Counted from the first letter of the stretch, positions 1 through 9,827 are shown. The stretch: 64,000 nucleotides of DNA from Candidatus Bathyarchaeia archaeon (GCA_050010755.1 JBEKKK010000004.1:64001-128000), one strand, 5' to 3'. Made by a program: numbers and translations. The notes: generated by a model from the sequence alone, not told the origin.

Positions 1-255
1 GGTCTCGCCGTAGCCTTCATCATCGCTACTTATCTCGGACTGCTAGTGTTAGCGCTTGTCAAGGACTTCATAATGCCGATCATAGGTTTGATACTGAACC
101 CACTGGGATTGGGGAATTTGGTTGATGCGAAGACAACCTTTTCTTCACAGGTGTTTAGTTATGGAGACTTTCTGCTAGCTTTGATAACCTTTATCATAGT
201 AGCCTTGATAGTCTTCCTGATAGTGAAAGTCACCAAAAACTGGGGCATTGAGTAG
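1..255 (+). CDS. mscL: Large-conductance mechanosensitive channel (5'-truncated by window)
   Basis: Frame is open from base 1: GLAVAFIIATYLGLLVLALVKDFIMPII...YGDFLLALITFIIVALIVF, matching the MscL TM1/TM2 pattern. Confidence 0.85.
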   Translation, partial: GLAVAFIIATYLGLLVLALVKDFIMPIIGLILNPLGLGNLVDAKTTFSSQVFSYGDFLLALITFIIVALIVFLIVKVTKNWGIE

Positions 256-509
256 ATTCAGCAAGACAAATCAACGTCACTTCTATCCCTTTTTTATTAC
301 TCGCGCGCTGCAAAGTTATTGGAGTTGCAGTCAGTTTCATCACTGGACTCGAGTTGTGAAAGCGCGCCCGTGGAATGGTAGCCAAAACAGAACATTAGCT
401 GAGCAAGCCATCTGGAAAAAAGCAAAAGCAGCGCCCCTTTTCTTTATTTCCGACGGAACCGAAAAGCTGAAATCTCAATTACCCGCATAAACTGTACTTG
501 TGACCTTCG

Positions 510-800
510 ATGCCACACTACATTTTGTTGTCAAATCTGACAGATGAAGGGTGGAAGACAGTCAAGGAAAAACCTGAAAGGATAAAGGAAGTCAACAAGG
601 AACTTGAAGCCTTCGGCGTTCGAGTGATAAGCCAATACGCTCTGCTGGGCCCGTACGACTTCGCAAGTGTTGTGGAAGCTCCAGACAACAAAACCGTAAG
701 CAGACTTTCTATCGAACTCGGCTCACGAGGAACAATCAAGATTACCAGCATGGCCGCAGTTCCCATAGATGAATTCATTGCCTCATTAAAGAAACGCTAA
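510..800 (+). CDS. GYD domain protein
   Basis: 96 aa; L-T-D-E-G N-terminus, LLGPYDF motif, typical size. Confidence 0.8.
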   Translation: MPHYILLSNLTDEGWKTVKEKPERIKEVNKELEAFGVRVISQYALLGPYDFASVVEAPDNKTVSRLSIELGSRGTIKITSMAAVPIDEFIASLKKR

Positions 801-1057
801 AAGAACTTAAACTCCCATTTTTTTATTCGAAGGCTAGTCTTCGAAATCTAGAGCATAAGACTGCCGACCAATCGTTACTGAGTAAGATACACAAGTATAT
901 GAAATGAAGTTTGCGAGATCGTCACACATCTCGACCCGCCTTTACTGAAGAAACAATTCGATCAGAAAATTACGTCCCCAAATCAATGGAGAATTTATTT
1001 ATAGGTCTATCGTCGAAGTAGCTACCCAACAAAGGTTTCCCTTCGAGGAATCTTACT

Positions 1058-1396
1058 TTGACAGATAAAGCCTTCCAAGAGCTGGTGCTTGAGGCTGTAG
1101 ATTCAACTTTGGCTTCCTTGGGCAGTTCAGCTAGACAATCGGTCTATTACCATCTTAAGAAAAAGTTTGACATATCAAGGGACCAAATTCCTGGCCGGAT
1201 TGAAGATTTTGACCGTGGACTTGAACAGATTTTCGGGGTTGGAACACGATTCTTGGAAGTACTGATGATGAAGAAACTCTACGAAGAAATGGGCTCGAAA
1301 GGAAAGATTCTGAGGTTGGATCAAAGAAAAGAATTCAAATTCGTCGACTACATAAAGGCAGCCCAATCGACCTACTCAAAAATGAAGAAAACCTAG
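1058..1396 (+). CDS. Small archaeal signalling-associated protein (DUF3227/NitrOD5-like)
   Basis: LEAVDSTLASLG...YYHLKKKF...FDRGLEQIFG pattern; paralog of next gene; upstream of a receiver protein. Confidence 0.6.
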   Translation: MTDKAFQELVLEAVDSTLASLGSSARQSVYYHLKKKFDISRDQIPGRIEDFDRGLEQIFGVGTRFLEVLMMKKLYEEMGSKGKILRLDQRKEFKFVDYIKAAQSTYSKMKKT

Positions 1397-1529
1397 AAAC
1401 CCTTTTCTTCAACTTAAAACACTTTTTTGCAAAACGTGCTGTTTCGCAATCTATATTGCAAGTTCACAAACGTTTTATCAATGCTTGCCAAGTTCCATTC
1501 AATACATAGATAAGCTTGTTGGCGATGAC

Positions 1530-1868
1530 ATGCCATTGACACACGACGACTTTAACAAGATTCTTTTGTCTGCCGTCGACGAAGGCCTATGCTTACTCGG
1601 AGAATCATCCAAACAAGCCATAATCTTCCATTTGGAAGATTCCTTTCAGCTGAAGGAAGAAAACATTCCGTCCAACTTAACAGAATTCAAGAAAGCTCTG
1701 GACAACATTTTCGGTCCAGGTGCGGCTTACCTTGAAAAAATCATCGCGAAACGCCTTCACGAAAAACTCGGCTTGACCTTCGAAGAAGACAAAAGCACCG
1801 ATTTTCTCGAATACGTGAAGATCGCGAAGAGCCGTATCATGAAGGAAGGAGAAATTACCTTAAGATGA
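1530..1868 (+). CDS. DUF3227/NitrOD5-like paralog
   Basis: LSAVDEGLCLLG...FHLEDSF...FKKALDNIFG aligns with 1058..1396; ATG 1530 chosen over TTG 1485. Confidence 0.6.
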   Translation: MPLTHDDFNKILLSAVDEGLCLLGESSKQAIIFHLEDSFQLKEENIPSNLTEFKKALDNIFGPGAAYLEKIIAKRLHEKLGLTFEEDKSTDFLEYVKIAKSRIMKEGEITLR

Positions 1869-2023
1869 AAAACCCAACAGAGTTGATGCAAATTGAAGAA
1901 CATAAACTCCTATCTGAAAAAAGCTGCTTTCACGGAAACGATAGGAACACAAGTTTTAGAAGCGCCCAATCCTCACGGAAACCTCGCGGATCGGACCAAC
2001 GAGGGAGTGTGGAGGTGAAATAG
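1865..2023 (+). CDS. Possible 52-aa small protein bridging two genes
   Basis: ATGA overlap with the upstream stop; its TAG ends 1 nt before the receiver ATG; not in the ORF track. Confidence 0.3.
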   Translation: MKNPTELMQIEEHKLLSEKSCFHGNDRNTSFRSAQSSRKPRGSDQRGSVEVK

Positions 2024-2024
2024 C

Positions 2025-2498
2025 ATGGATAACGGCGCAAGAATCCTAATAGTCGACGATGACGAGAACATAAGAAAAGTGTTGATGGCCATACTTGAAG
2101 ACAAGGGTTACCAAATGGAGGCAGTGGGTTCAGCCATGGAAGCCATAAAAAAAACCGACAAGAAATTCTACAACTTAGCTCTAATAGACATTAGACTGCC
2201 TGACATGGAAGGAATAGATCTTCTAATGAAAATGAGAGAAACAACGCCCAGAATGCGAAAGATAATAATAACTGGCTACCCCACGCTGCAAAATGCCGTG
2301 GACGCCGTCAACAAAGGCGCGGATGCCTACGTAACCAAACCGTTCGACGTTGAAAGGGTCCTGAACACAATAAGCGAACAATTGAGAAAGCAGGAACAGG
2401 AGAAAAAATACAGCCAAGACAGAGTCGCAGAGTTCATTGAAACAAGAGTGAGAGAGCTAGACTTGGAGAAAGAGGTAGCCAATAGCAAGACCCCATGA
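2025..2498 (+). CDS. Response regulator receiver protein with short C-terminal helix
   Basis: ILIVDDD, LIDIRLPDMEG, IITG, KPF motifs; GGAGGTGA SD. Confidence 0.92.
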   Translation: MDNGARILIVDDDENIRKVLMAILEDKGYQMEAVGSAMEAIKKTDKKFYNLALIDIRLPDMEGIDLLMKMRETTPRMRKIIITGYPTLQNAVDAVNKGADAYVTKPFDVERVLNTISEQLRKQEQEKKYSQDRVAEFIETRVRELDLEKEVANSKTP

Positions 2499-2889
2499 AA
2501 ACTGCCAAGCGGCACTTTCTCTTCATATTTTCGAACAGTAACCGACTTTTCTTCAGCACCAGCCGGTCCGATACCGGTGGCCAAAGTTGACCCCGCGCAT
2601 TTGAAGAAAATAACTTCGCACGCTTAGTAGGTTAGTATACGCAGACAAAACTAATCAATAGAGCAAAGTTACAAGCTCTCCAGCCATCAAAAGAAAAACA
2701 AAATGCATTTCTGACCAACTTGCACAAATACGCATACGAAGCTGCAGCAGTTGGGCCGTCTTACTGCTGATGTTAGCTCTTCCTTAGTGTCTGATACACA
2801 ACACGGAATCTTCTTGCACTGAAAAAACTTCGTCGATCATGCGGAAAATATGTACGTAAATGCTAAAAGCAGTTAGCTCCATGCTATAC

Positions 2890-3393
2890 ATGGGAATTGA
2901 TTTGAAGGTGAAGGAAGGAAAAACAACGGATGGCGATTTCGTTCTGCGAGTGAAGATGGGCGAGTACGAAATTGAGGTGGGAGGCACCCGCGACGAAGTT
3001 CTGAAGACCATCGAGGATTTGCCCGGTCTGATCAACAATATTCAAAAAGCTTTCGACTATGCAAGACCCAAAAAGTTTGCGACGCTCACAGTGAAGACAG
3101 AAGCACCAAAGGACGAGAAAACGGTCTCCGAAAAATATCCAAGAATTTCAGGCGCGGAAACTTGTGCCGAGGCTATTTTCAGGATTCTTGAGACTGATTG
3201 GGGAAAGTGGCGTCCGCGCACGGTTGAGGAGTTGAGAGACGCTTTGAAGGCCAACGGTCTGGAGTATCCAGGGCGAACGCTCGCAGGAGTTCTGCTTGAT
3301 CTGGTTAAACAGGAAAGAATTAGGCGTTGGAACACCGACTCGGGCTACGTTTACATTCTGGCAGAAACCGAGGTTTTCCAATCGAAACGTTAG
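2890..3393 (+). CDS. Hypothetical protein, N-terminal beta-hairpin/helix plus C-terminal winged-helix-like domain
   Basis: LRVKMGEYEIEVGG...; PRTVEELRDALKANG...LAGVLLDLVKQERIRR...YVY; start uncertain (2860/2881/2890). Confidence 0.7.
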   Translation: MGIDLKVKEGKTTDGDFVLRVKMGEYEIEVGGTRDEVLKTIEDLPGLINNIQKAFDYARPKKFATLTVKTEAPKDEKTVSEKYPRISGAETCAEAIFRILETDWGKWRPRTVEELRDALKANGLEYPGRTLAGVLLDLVKQERIRRWNTDSGYVYILAETEVFQSKR

Positions 3394-3656
3394 CAATTGT
3401 ATCATGCCTCTTAAAACCCCGGGTCCAAGTGTTCCTAAATTAACCAAAAGGAAACCATCATGCTCCTGAATCGCAGGGAATGATGAAGAACCTTGGCCGA
3501 ATTAGGCCCCAAACTATCTGGAGTTCCCTGCTCCCACCTGAAATGTTTTGCACCATTTTCGAGAAGACATGCGCGAGCGTTTCCGGCTAACGAAAAACAC
3601 TCTCATATATCGGCTTCGGAATGTTGCTTAAGCGTTGGAAAGGCCCTATCCGATTT

Positions 3657-3785
3657 ATGGGAAACATTCCTAAGGAAATGGCATGCGACCATTGCGGAAA
3701 AATTCTTCCTGACTCTGAGATAATTCAAATACCTGGACAGGACTTGTGCGAACGGTGCTTTCGGCGCTTGGTCGGTTCGCGCTAA
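3657..3785 (+). CDS. 42-aa zinc-finger microprotein (CxxC-x17-CxxC)
   Basis: Hand translation MGNIPKEMACDHCGKILPDSEIIQIPGQDLCERCFRRLVGSR; below the ORF-track cutoff. Confidence 0.6.
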   Translation: MGNIPKEMACDHCGKILPDSEIIQIPGQDLCERCFRRLVGSR

Positions 3786-4155
3786 TTTGACCACCGCTCA
3801 TTGTGCATGCAATTCATGTTATGAGGATGCAGAATCGCGCGGTTTACGTTCAGGAGGTTTCAACTCCTTTCCGTTTTGTACTTTGGTATATTAACAGATA
3901 GGGTTGCTTGTTGGCTCGTTACAAAAAGTCACGAGACAGGCAGCACCATAGGCCGTAAACATAGTTCAAAAATTAGGAAAAAACTCATTCCTAATGGGGA
4001 ATCGAACCAACAAGAAAGCTCCGAATGAAATTATCGGGACAAAAATGTTATTACCCTCATTAGAAGGATTAGGAAAGAAAGAGGGGTTTATGCGGAGATG
4101 TTGCCATTTGTTAAGTGTCTGATACGGAAAGCTTTCGACTTGAGGATGGGAACGA

Positions 4156-4629
4156 ATGAACAAGATTGAAGTACGAGTCAAGACGCCATTCGGCGAAGTC
4201 GTTGTCGAGGCTGAAAACGCCCAGGAGATACTGAAAATTCTTGAGGCTTTCCCCGAAGGTTTCATGGAAAAGGTTGGAGGCTTCGTCCAGAACCGTCTGA
4301 TTCCCTCAAACGTTCAACTCAAAGGTATCATTGAGTCCACGACCGAAGGCCCCGTCATCATAGCCCGCGAAAACCTCACCCACTATGAGGCGATAGGCTT
4401 GACCCTGTTCGCATCGGAAGGGAGGAAGAGCACAGCGGCACAGATAACAAAGCTTCTGGAATCAAGCGGAATAAAATGCATGGTCCCCGCGCGCCTAAAC
4501 GAGATGACCAAAAGAGGTCAAGTCTTCAAACCAGACCCGAACAGACCCGAGTTCAAGCTTACCATGCAAGGCGAGAGATGGGTAGAAGATAACGTTCTAA
4601 ACAAGCTCAAGAGCAAAATAGGGCAATGA
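4156..4629 (+). CDS. Hypothetical protein with C-terminal winged-helix-like domain
   Basis: IEVRVKTPFGEVVVEAE N-terminus; VPARLNEMTKRGQVFK...FKLTMQGERWV wHTH-like end; GAGG SD. Confidence 0.75.
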   Translation: MNKIEVRVKTPFGEVVVEAENAQEILKILEAFPEGFMEKVGGFVQNRLIPSNVQLKGIIESTTEGPVIIARENLTHYEAIGLTLFASEGRKSTAAQITKLLESSGIKCMVPARLNEMTKRGQVFKPDPNRPEFKLTMQGERWVEDNVLNKLKSKIGQ

Positions 4630-4753
4630 AAAAGCAGGGCAAAGACATCTCGGTTCGTGTCTCTAATATTCTATTCAAATAGCCTTGGGAACAAGTTGAC
4701 AACATTTTTTAGCCATCGCTTGCAATCAGCACTAGTGCAGTGAGGAATGGAAC

Positions 4754-5314
4754 TTGGCTGAAGAGCGTGCTGTATCCACAGGAGAGCCCCCTCGAAGTCA
4801 CAGAGGCGAAGATAGGGACGAGTTGACCGTTGAGATCAGGTATAAGGGTGTCGAGAAAAAGTTTTCTGGAAACGTTGAATCGGTCTGGTTGAGTTTAAAC
4901 TTGTTTTTCAAAGAGTTCTTGCCATCCTTTGAGATTGCACAGAAGTTGATGCTGAACATCGATCTGCAGAATTTGGCCAGAGACACTGAAGGCATTATCG
5001 GTTTCGCGAAGGAAGGGCCATGCCTGGTTGTTCCGAGGAACAAGTTGACGGATAACGAGACCTTGAGCCTGCTGCTTCTGGCAGGTTACCTTGCCCATCA
5101 ATTTGGCTATGCCAGAACGGATGAAGTTTCCAAAGAGGAACTACAAGTCGAGCTCGGCAAAGACGCGAAGATTGCAAGCACCAGGCTGGGAGAACTCGTG
5201 AAGAATCATGTGGCAGCAAAAACTTCCGCAGAAAAATACAAAATCACAACTATCGGCCTAATGCAATTGCAGAAGGATGTAATTCCCAAAATCAAGACAA
5301 GAAAAGGGACTTAG
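4754..5314 (+). CDS. Hypothetical protein with C-terminal winged-helix-like domain
   Basis: TRLGELVKNHVAAK...YKITTIGL; middle region aligns with 4156..4629 (EGIIGFAKEGP vs KGIIESTTEGP; LTDNE vs LTHYE). Confidence 0.75.
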   Translation: MAEERAVSTGEPPRSHRGEDRDELTVEIRYKGVEKKFSGNVESVWLSLNLFFKEFLPSFEIAQKLMLNIDLQNLARDTEGIIGFAKEGPCLVVPRNKLTDNETLSLLLLAGYLAHQFGYARTDEVSKEELQVELGKDAKIASTRLGELVKNHVAAKTSAEKYKITTIGLMQLQKDVIPKIKTRKGT

Positions 5315-5358
5315 CAGGCTTGTTACGAGTCTGCTGTGAGGCCTGGCGTTTTCGACAA

Positions 5359-6165
5359 TTAGGTTCGTCTCTCTAATTGTTCGATTGCTTTCGTCAACAT
5401 GCTGAGAGAGGATATCGTCATATTTGGAACTGCTTTGTGGCCTTTCAGGTTGTCAAGTTTTTGCGACTGGGACAAAAGCGAGTTGGGATCAGATTCTGCA
5501 ATTCTATCTCGTCCCTCTCGGCTGAAAAAGTGTATCGCCTTTGACCCAGCATTCATCGCTCCCCAGACATCTGCTTTCAAGTTGTCACCTACGTGGACGA
5601 CTTCGCACGGCTGCACGCCCATTTTCTTTGCGGCCAAGTGAAAGATCCTTGGGTCGGGCTTGCGTATGTCTATTTCCTCCGAGAATATCATCAATTTGAA
5701 ATATTCGGCTACACCCTCATCGGCCAGAAACTGGCGTAACGCAGCCCCAGAAGTCAAGCCAGTGTTGCATATGAGTCCAATGAGTTTGTGACGTTTCTTC
5801 AAGTCTTCCAGAGCTGTCCGAGCTTCCGGATTGAGGTAAGGAGGGATCTCACGAACACTCAGGTTGTAAGCGGAAACCAATCGTTTTACCCATTCTCGCT
5901 TAAGTTCAAACGAATCTTTTGACACTTTAGCGATGATGAGTCTAATCTGGTCGATGCATGCTAGATCCTTGTTAGTTTCCCAGAGTGTCAGCATCGATGA
6001 AACCATTTCGTTAATAGCCACCGACATCTCTTCAACAGACACTGGGTGGCCAAGGCTGTTCACAGCCCGTACAAGATTCCTACAGCGTGCGTCTCTTCTT
6101 CGAGCACTCGCTCCATCCCTTTCGAAAATCAGGGTCTCCCACAGATCAAAGGTCACTGCTTTCAC
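5359..6165 (-). CDS. HAD-superfamily hydrolase
   Basis: KAVTFDLWETL, ICNT, KPDPRIF, HVGDNLKADV motifs; start GTG 6165 inferred. Confidence 0.9.
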   Translation of the reverse strand: MKAVTFDLWETLIFERDGASARRRDARCRNLVRAVNSLGHPVSVEEMSVAINEMVSSMLTLWETNKDLACIDQIRLIIAKVSKDSFELKREWVKRLVSAYNLSVREIPPYLNPEARTALEDLKKRHKLIGLICNTGLTSGAALRQFLADEGVAEYFKLMIFSEEIDIRKPDPRIFHLAAKKMGVQPCEVVHVGDNLKADVWGAMNAGSKAIHFFSREGRDRIAESDPNSLLSQSQKLDNLKGHKAVPNMTISSLSMLTKAIEQLERRT

Positions 6166-6258
6166 GGTGTGGTCATCGGCGTCTAAGATACTCACTCTCA
6201 AATTTTGGCTTGAAATTATATGCAAGTTTTTGCCTGAAAAACTTCATTGATAAATCGG

Positions 6259-6663
6259 TCAAGTTGGAGGCCTTTTTTGGGCATATTGGTATCGGCGTGG
6301 TTTTCCTTCCCGCGTTAGTATTCCGTCTTTTACCAGGTCGATTAGGGCGTGGGCGACGGCGGTGCGGTCGTAGTGGAAGCCACGTCTTGCCAGTTCGCTG
6401 TGGACTTCGCTGAGGCCTTTTGTTGTGGAGAACCAGCCTTCTTCCCATAGTTTCTGTATTATGCCCTTGCAGGTTTCTGCCCTTGGGAGTTGCGCCGTCC
6501 TTTCCGTCATAAGCGGTGTCTCTTTCAGCTTGTCCGTTACGGTTGAAAGGATTTTGTCCACCGTCGACTGCAGTTGGTCTTCTTGGCATTCGATTTCGAA
6601 TTCGACTTCTCCTATTTTCATTTTTACTCGTATCGGCGGGTGTGTTTCTTTGTCTGCCAACAT
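6259..6663 (-). CDS. Hypothetical protein, beta-hairpin/helix plus winged helix
   Basis: IRVKMKIGEVEFEIEC; LWEEGWF...LSEVHSELARRG...AHALIDLVKDGILTREG...YQY; GGTGA SD before ATG 6663. Confidence 0.75.
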   Translation of the reverse strand: MLADKETHPPIRVKMKIGEVEFEIECQEDQLQSTVDKILSTVTDKLKETPLMTERTAQLPRAETCKGIIQKLWEEGWFSTTKGLSEVHSELARRGFHYDRTAVAHALIDLVKDGILTREGKPRRYQYAQKRPPT

Positions 6664-6810
6664 GTCACCTTGTTGTTTATTGTATTGTACATCTTGGTCA
6701 TGCACAACACTTAAATATATCTTCCCTAGACAATTGGCTATTGGTGAATCTTGGTGATTGAACAATACCCTATTACAACAACACCAAAATATAACTTTCC
6801 ACAATCTACC

Positions 6811-7836
6811 ATGGACACAACATTACCCCATCAGTTCATTGAACTAAGCATTCATTCACTGAGACAGGCACCCAACCGTAGCGTTCAACTAAATCAACAA
6901 GATATTCAACAATTCGACAGCCTGGACGTTCATGAGGAAACATTGAAGCTAAAGCTTCAACCACTGCCCCTAGTCGCATCTCGGCAGGAAAAAATCGTCG
7001 CGGCCGTGGACACATCGACCATAAAGATCGGGGAAACGAGCACGGGCATCATGATAGCCATCCGAGGCGCAAACGTCTGGAAACAGAACAAATGTTATAG
7101 ATACGTTCGGTTTGGTCCATTTATATTCCATGTCACCGAGGAGAACAAGAAGCAAGTTTTTGAAACTTTGGAAAGAACTTATTTCAGCTCCAGTGACGAA
7201 CACAGCCACCAAGGCGCGCCAAGTATTCTCCAGATGCCCATGCGCATAGCGACTCTTCTTGAACGTTGGCTTCAAACTATGGCCGTAAAAACCATAAAAG
7301 ACGGGCTGATACTCTTCGATGGTTCATTGACGGCAGGAACGGCAGAAACTCCAACGAGGCGTATGAAGGAGATTCTTTGCTCGGCAAGAAAGGGAGACAA
7401 TGTTGTTCTTGCCTTTTCAAAAATGACAAATCTAAGGGCGAATGGACACCGGATAACCGAGTTGCTGCCCGATCATAAGCCGCCTTTTCTGCTTGAGACG
7501 GAGGGCCTGAGGCTCAGGCCTCCCATGGTTTTGCTCGGCGAAGTCTATGTGGCCAGGTTGACCAAGGGGAATCTTGCTTTCAGGCTGGACATAGACAGGG
7601 ACGTTCCTTCTGAGCCGCGGATCGAGGCGGTTGAAAGACTTTTGGGAAATGATCTGTTTGCGGAAAGTTATCCTGAAACTCTGCGTTTGGCTCACATTTT
7701 GTGCACTTTCACGGCTAATGAAGTGTTGGCTATGCAGCATTTTGTCACGAGAAGGTTTGGGCTTCAATTGGTTAACAGGCCAGATATGCATAGGCTTCTG
7801 TTCGGAATGTTCGGTAAGGGAGAGGGTTATCAATGA
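6811..7836 (+). CDS. nurA: NurA-family nuclease
   Basis: AAVDTS, LFDGSL, FSK and YPETLRLAH motifs; overlaps herA. Confidence 0.8.
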   Translation: MDTTLPHQFIELSIHSLRQAPNRSVQLNQQDIQQFDSLDVHEETLKLKLQPLPLVASRQEKIVAAVDTSTIKIGETSTGIMIAIRGANVWKQNKCYRYVRFGPFIFHVTEENKKQVFETLERTYFSSSDEHSHQGAPSILQMPMRIATLLERWLQTMAVKTIKDGLILFDGSLTAGTAETPTRRMKEILCSARKGDNVVLAFSKMTNLRANGHRITELLPDHKPPFLLETEGLRLRPPMVLLGEVYVARLTKGNLAFRLDIDRDVPSEPRIEAVERLLGNDLFAESYPETLRLAHILCTFTANEVLAMQHFVTRRFGLQLVNRPDMHRLLFGMFGKGEGYQ

Positions 7837-9299
7837 AGCTCTACAGGAAGGAAGGCAACATTCTTCAGATCTTAAGCTTCCCGGGTGAAACGGTTGAAAA
7901 GGGTGACTACCTGCTCGTGGAAGATGCTGATGCTGGAAGGGCGCTCATCGTGCAGGTCATCGACGTCCAGTTTGCCAGCATTCCAGGCGTTCTTGAAGAA
8001 CTGCTTCGAAGTCTCCCAGACGGGGGAGAGCTAATCAAGGGTGAGGACGTTGATCCTTTGGAGATTGCTCCGCATATCTCGTATATTCAGGACGCCAGTT
8101 TGCTCATCTGTAAAATCCGTGCAACAGCTGAGAATGACGGTTTAAACCCCAGCAGCTCATGGCTTCCGTCACGTTCTCAGTCGACGATAAAGAAGCTTCC
8201 GCTCCCCACACTGCTGAAGCTCGCCAAGATCGACGGCAAACTCCCAATAGTTATAGGTGGAACGAAGGATTCTTCTCTGCTGACGATTGATGCGACGGCG
8301 CTGGATGGAAGGTTGAACATAATAACGGGGAAGAAGGAGACGGGAAAGTCTCACTTGTCCAAGCTTCTGATGGTTAACTTGGTGGGATATAAAGCAACGG
8401 TGGTTGTCTTTGACTTGAACGGCGAATATTTGAGCTTGGGATTGACTGGCGACGGAAAGAGAAACGCCAACTATGACAAGATTCACGTTTTGACGCCTTC
8501 CCAGAACTTCAAACTAGCGCTTAAACAGTTGAACCTGCATGTGATGCTAGGAATTCTGATTCACGCGCTTCACTTGCCGGGAACGTCTGCCCGCGAGTTC
8601 AGGCGGATATGGATAGCGCTCAAAGAGAGGGATAATCTAACACTTCATGAGTTGGGGGAAACGATCCGAAACTGGAACTGCAACCAGCACGTCCGAGACG
8701 CTTTATTCTCCCGCTATCACGCTCTGGTCAATTCGGGAGTCTTCACGGACAATGCTGCCGAGGCAACGTCGCTTGAAGAGTTCCTGCTTAAGACCAGAGA
8801 GCAGGGCGGCGCTATAATATTGAACCTCCGGAATACTTCGTCGATTGACCGGCAGATTGTGGTCGAATATATTCTGGGAAAACTCGTTGAGTGTTTGAGC
8901 AGCGCGAAACTCAAGGCTGTTTTTCTCTTCGCCGAAGAAGCGCATCTTTACCTTCGGGAAACCTACTGGGATGACATCGTTACGCGGATGCGCCACTTCG
9001 GAATCTTCACCACTTTCGTGACCAATCAGCCGGATACGATACGCGAGAACATCTACAGGCAGGCTGACAATATCTTTCTGTTTAACTTCACGAACGAGCA
9101 TGATCTGGACGTGGTTTCCCGAGCCGCCCGGGTGGACGCTGAGACGGTAAGGTCCATCGCTAGAGACCTTCCGCCCCACTACTGTCTGGCCCTCGGGAGA
9201 GCCGTGAGGGACTTTCCCATAGTGGCGAGAGTGAAGGCTCTGGACGTGAAAACAATGGGAGAAACAAGGCTGTTCTTTTCATCCTCGGTCGGCCAATGA
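7833..9299 (+). CDS. herA: HerA-family ATPase/helicase
   Basis: N-terminal HAS-barrel-like region, Walker A GKKETGKS, VFDLNGEY, Walker B FAEEAH, RMRHFG, TNQP. Confidence 0.82.
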   Translation: MKLYRKEGNILQILSFPGETVEKGDYLLVEDADAGRALIVQVIDVQFASIPGVLEELLRSLPDGGELIKGEDVDPLEIAPHISYIQDASLLICKIRATAENDGLNPSSSWLPSRSQSTIKKLPLPTLLKLAKIDGKLPIVIGGTKDSSLLTIDATALDGRLNIITGKKETGKSHLSKLLMVNLVGYKATVVVFDLNGEYLSLGLTGDGKRNANYDKIHVLTPSQNFKLALKQLNLHVMLGILIHALHLPGTSAREFRRIWIALKERDNLTLHELGETIRNWNCNQHVRDALFSRYHALVNSGVFTDNAAEATSLEEFLLKTREQGGAIILNLRNTSSIDRQIVVEYILGKLVECLSSAKLKAVFLFAEEAHLYLRETYWDDIVTRMRHFGIFTTFVTNQPDTIRENIYRQADNIFLFNFTNEHDLDVVSRAARVDAETVRSIARDLPPHYCLALGRAVRDFPIVARVKALDVKTMGETRLFFSSSVGQ

Positions 9300-9350
9300 A
9301 TGAGAATGATGTTTCCAGTTTCTTGTCGCGCACAATATGCATGGGCTAAA

Positions 9351-9827
9351 TCATTCGGTCTGAGCCCGTGTGTTTGTGGCCGGTTTGCAGGAGTCGAATT
9401 TTTCTAGTTGTTTGCGGTTTTTGAGGAAGAATTCGTGGAAGGTTCTTGTCAGAGGGTATTTTTCCACGTCTTCCATTTTGACCCATCTTAGTTCGGCTGC
9501 GTCGCTGGATGCTTTCATGGTTCCGCTTTTGAGTTTCACGTAGTAGTCTATGATTACGAAGTGGTACCGTACTTTTCCGTTTTGGTCCTTTTCGACGTTG
9601 TTTACTACGTCTATGAGCTCTGGATTGTCGACCATGAGGTTTGTTTCCTCTCTGACCTCTCTTATCACCGTTTGTTTTGTCTCTTCGCCGAGTTCCACGA
9701 TGCCGCCGGGAATGCTCCATTTTCCTTTTCCAGGCTGGCTTCCTCTCTTTTCAAGCAGAATCTTGTTTGAGCAGACTATGACGGCGCCGATGCCGACAAG
9801 CGGCTGTTTCGGGTAGAGCCTCCTCAC
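9351..9827 (-). CDS. NUDIX hydrolase (ADP-ribose pyrophosphatase-like)
   Basis: Nudix box GGIVELGEETKQTVIREVREETNL. Confidence 0.92.
   Translation of the reverse strand: MRRLYPKQPLVGIGAVIVCSNKILLEKRGSQPGKGKWSIPGGIVELGEETKQTVIREVREETNLMVDNPELIDVVNNVEKDQNGKVRYHFVIIDYYVKLKSGTMKASSDAAELRWVKMEDVEKYPLTRTFHEFFLKNRKQLEKFDSCKPATNTRAQTE

Noticed and set aside
6664-6810. Overlapping N-terminal extensions of the divergent ORFs 6259..6804 and 6751..7836
   Set aside because: AT-rich promoter-like spacer; better starts at 6663 (with SD) and 6811
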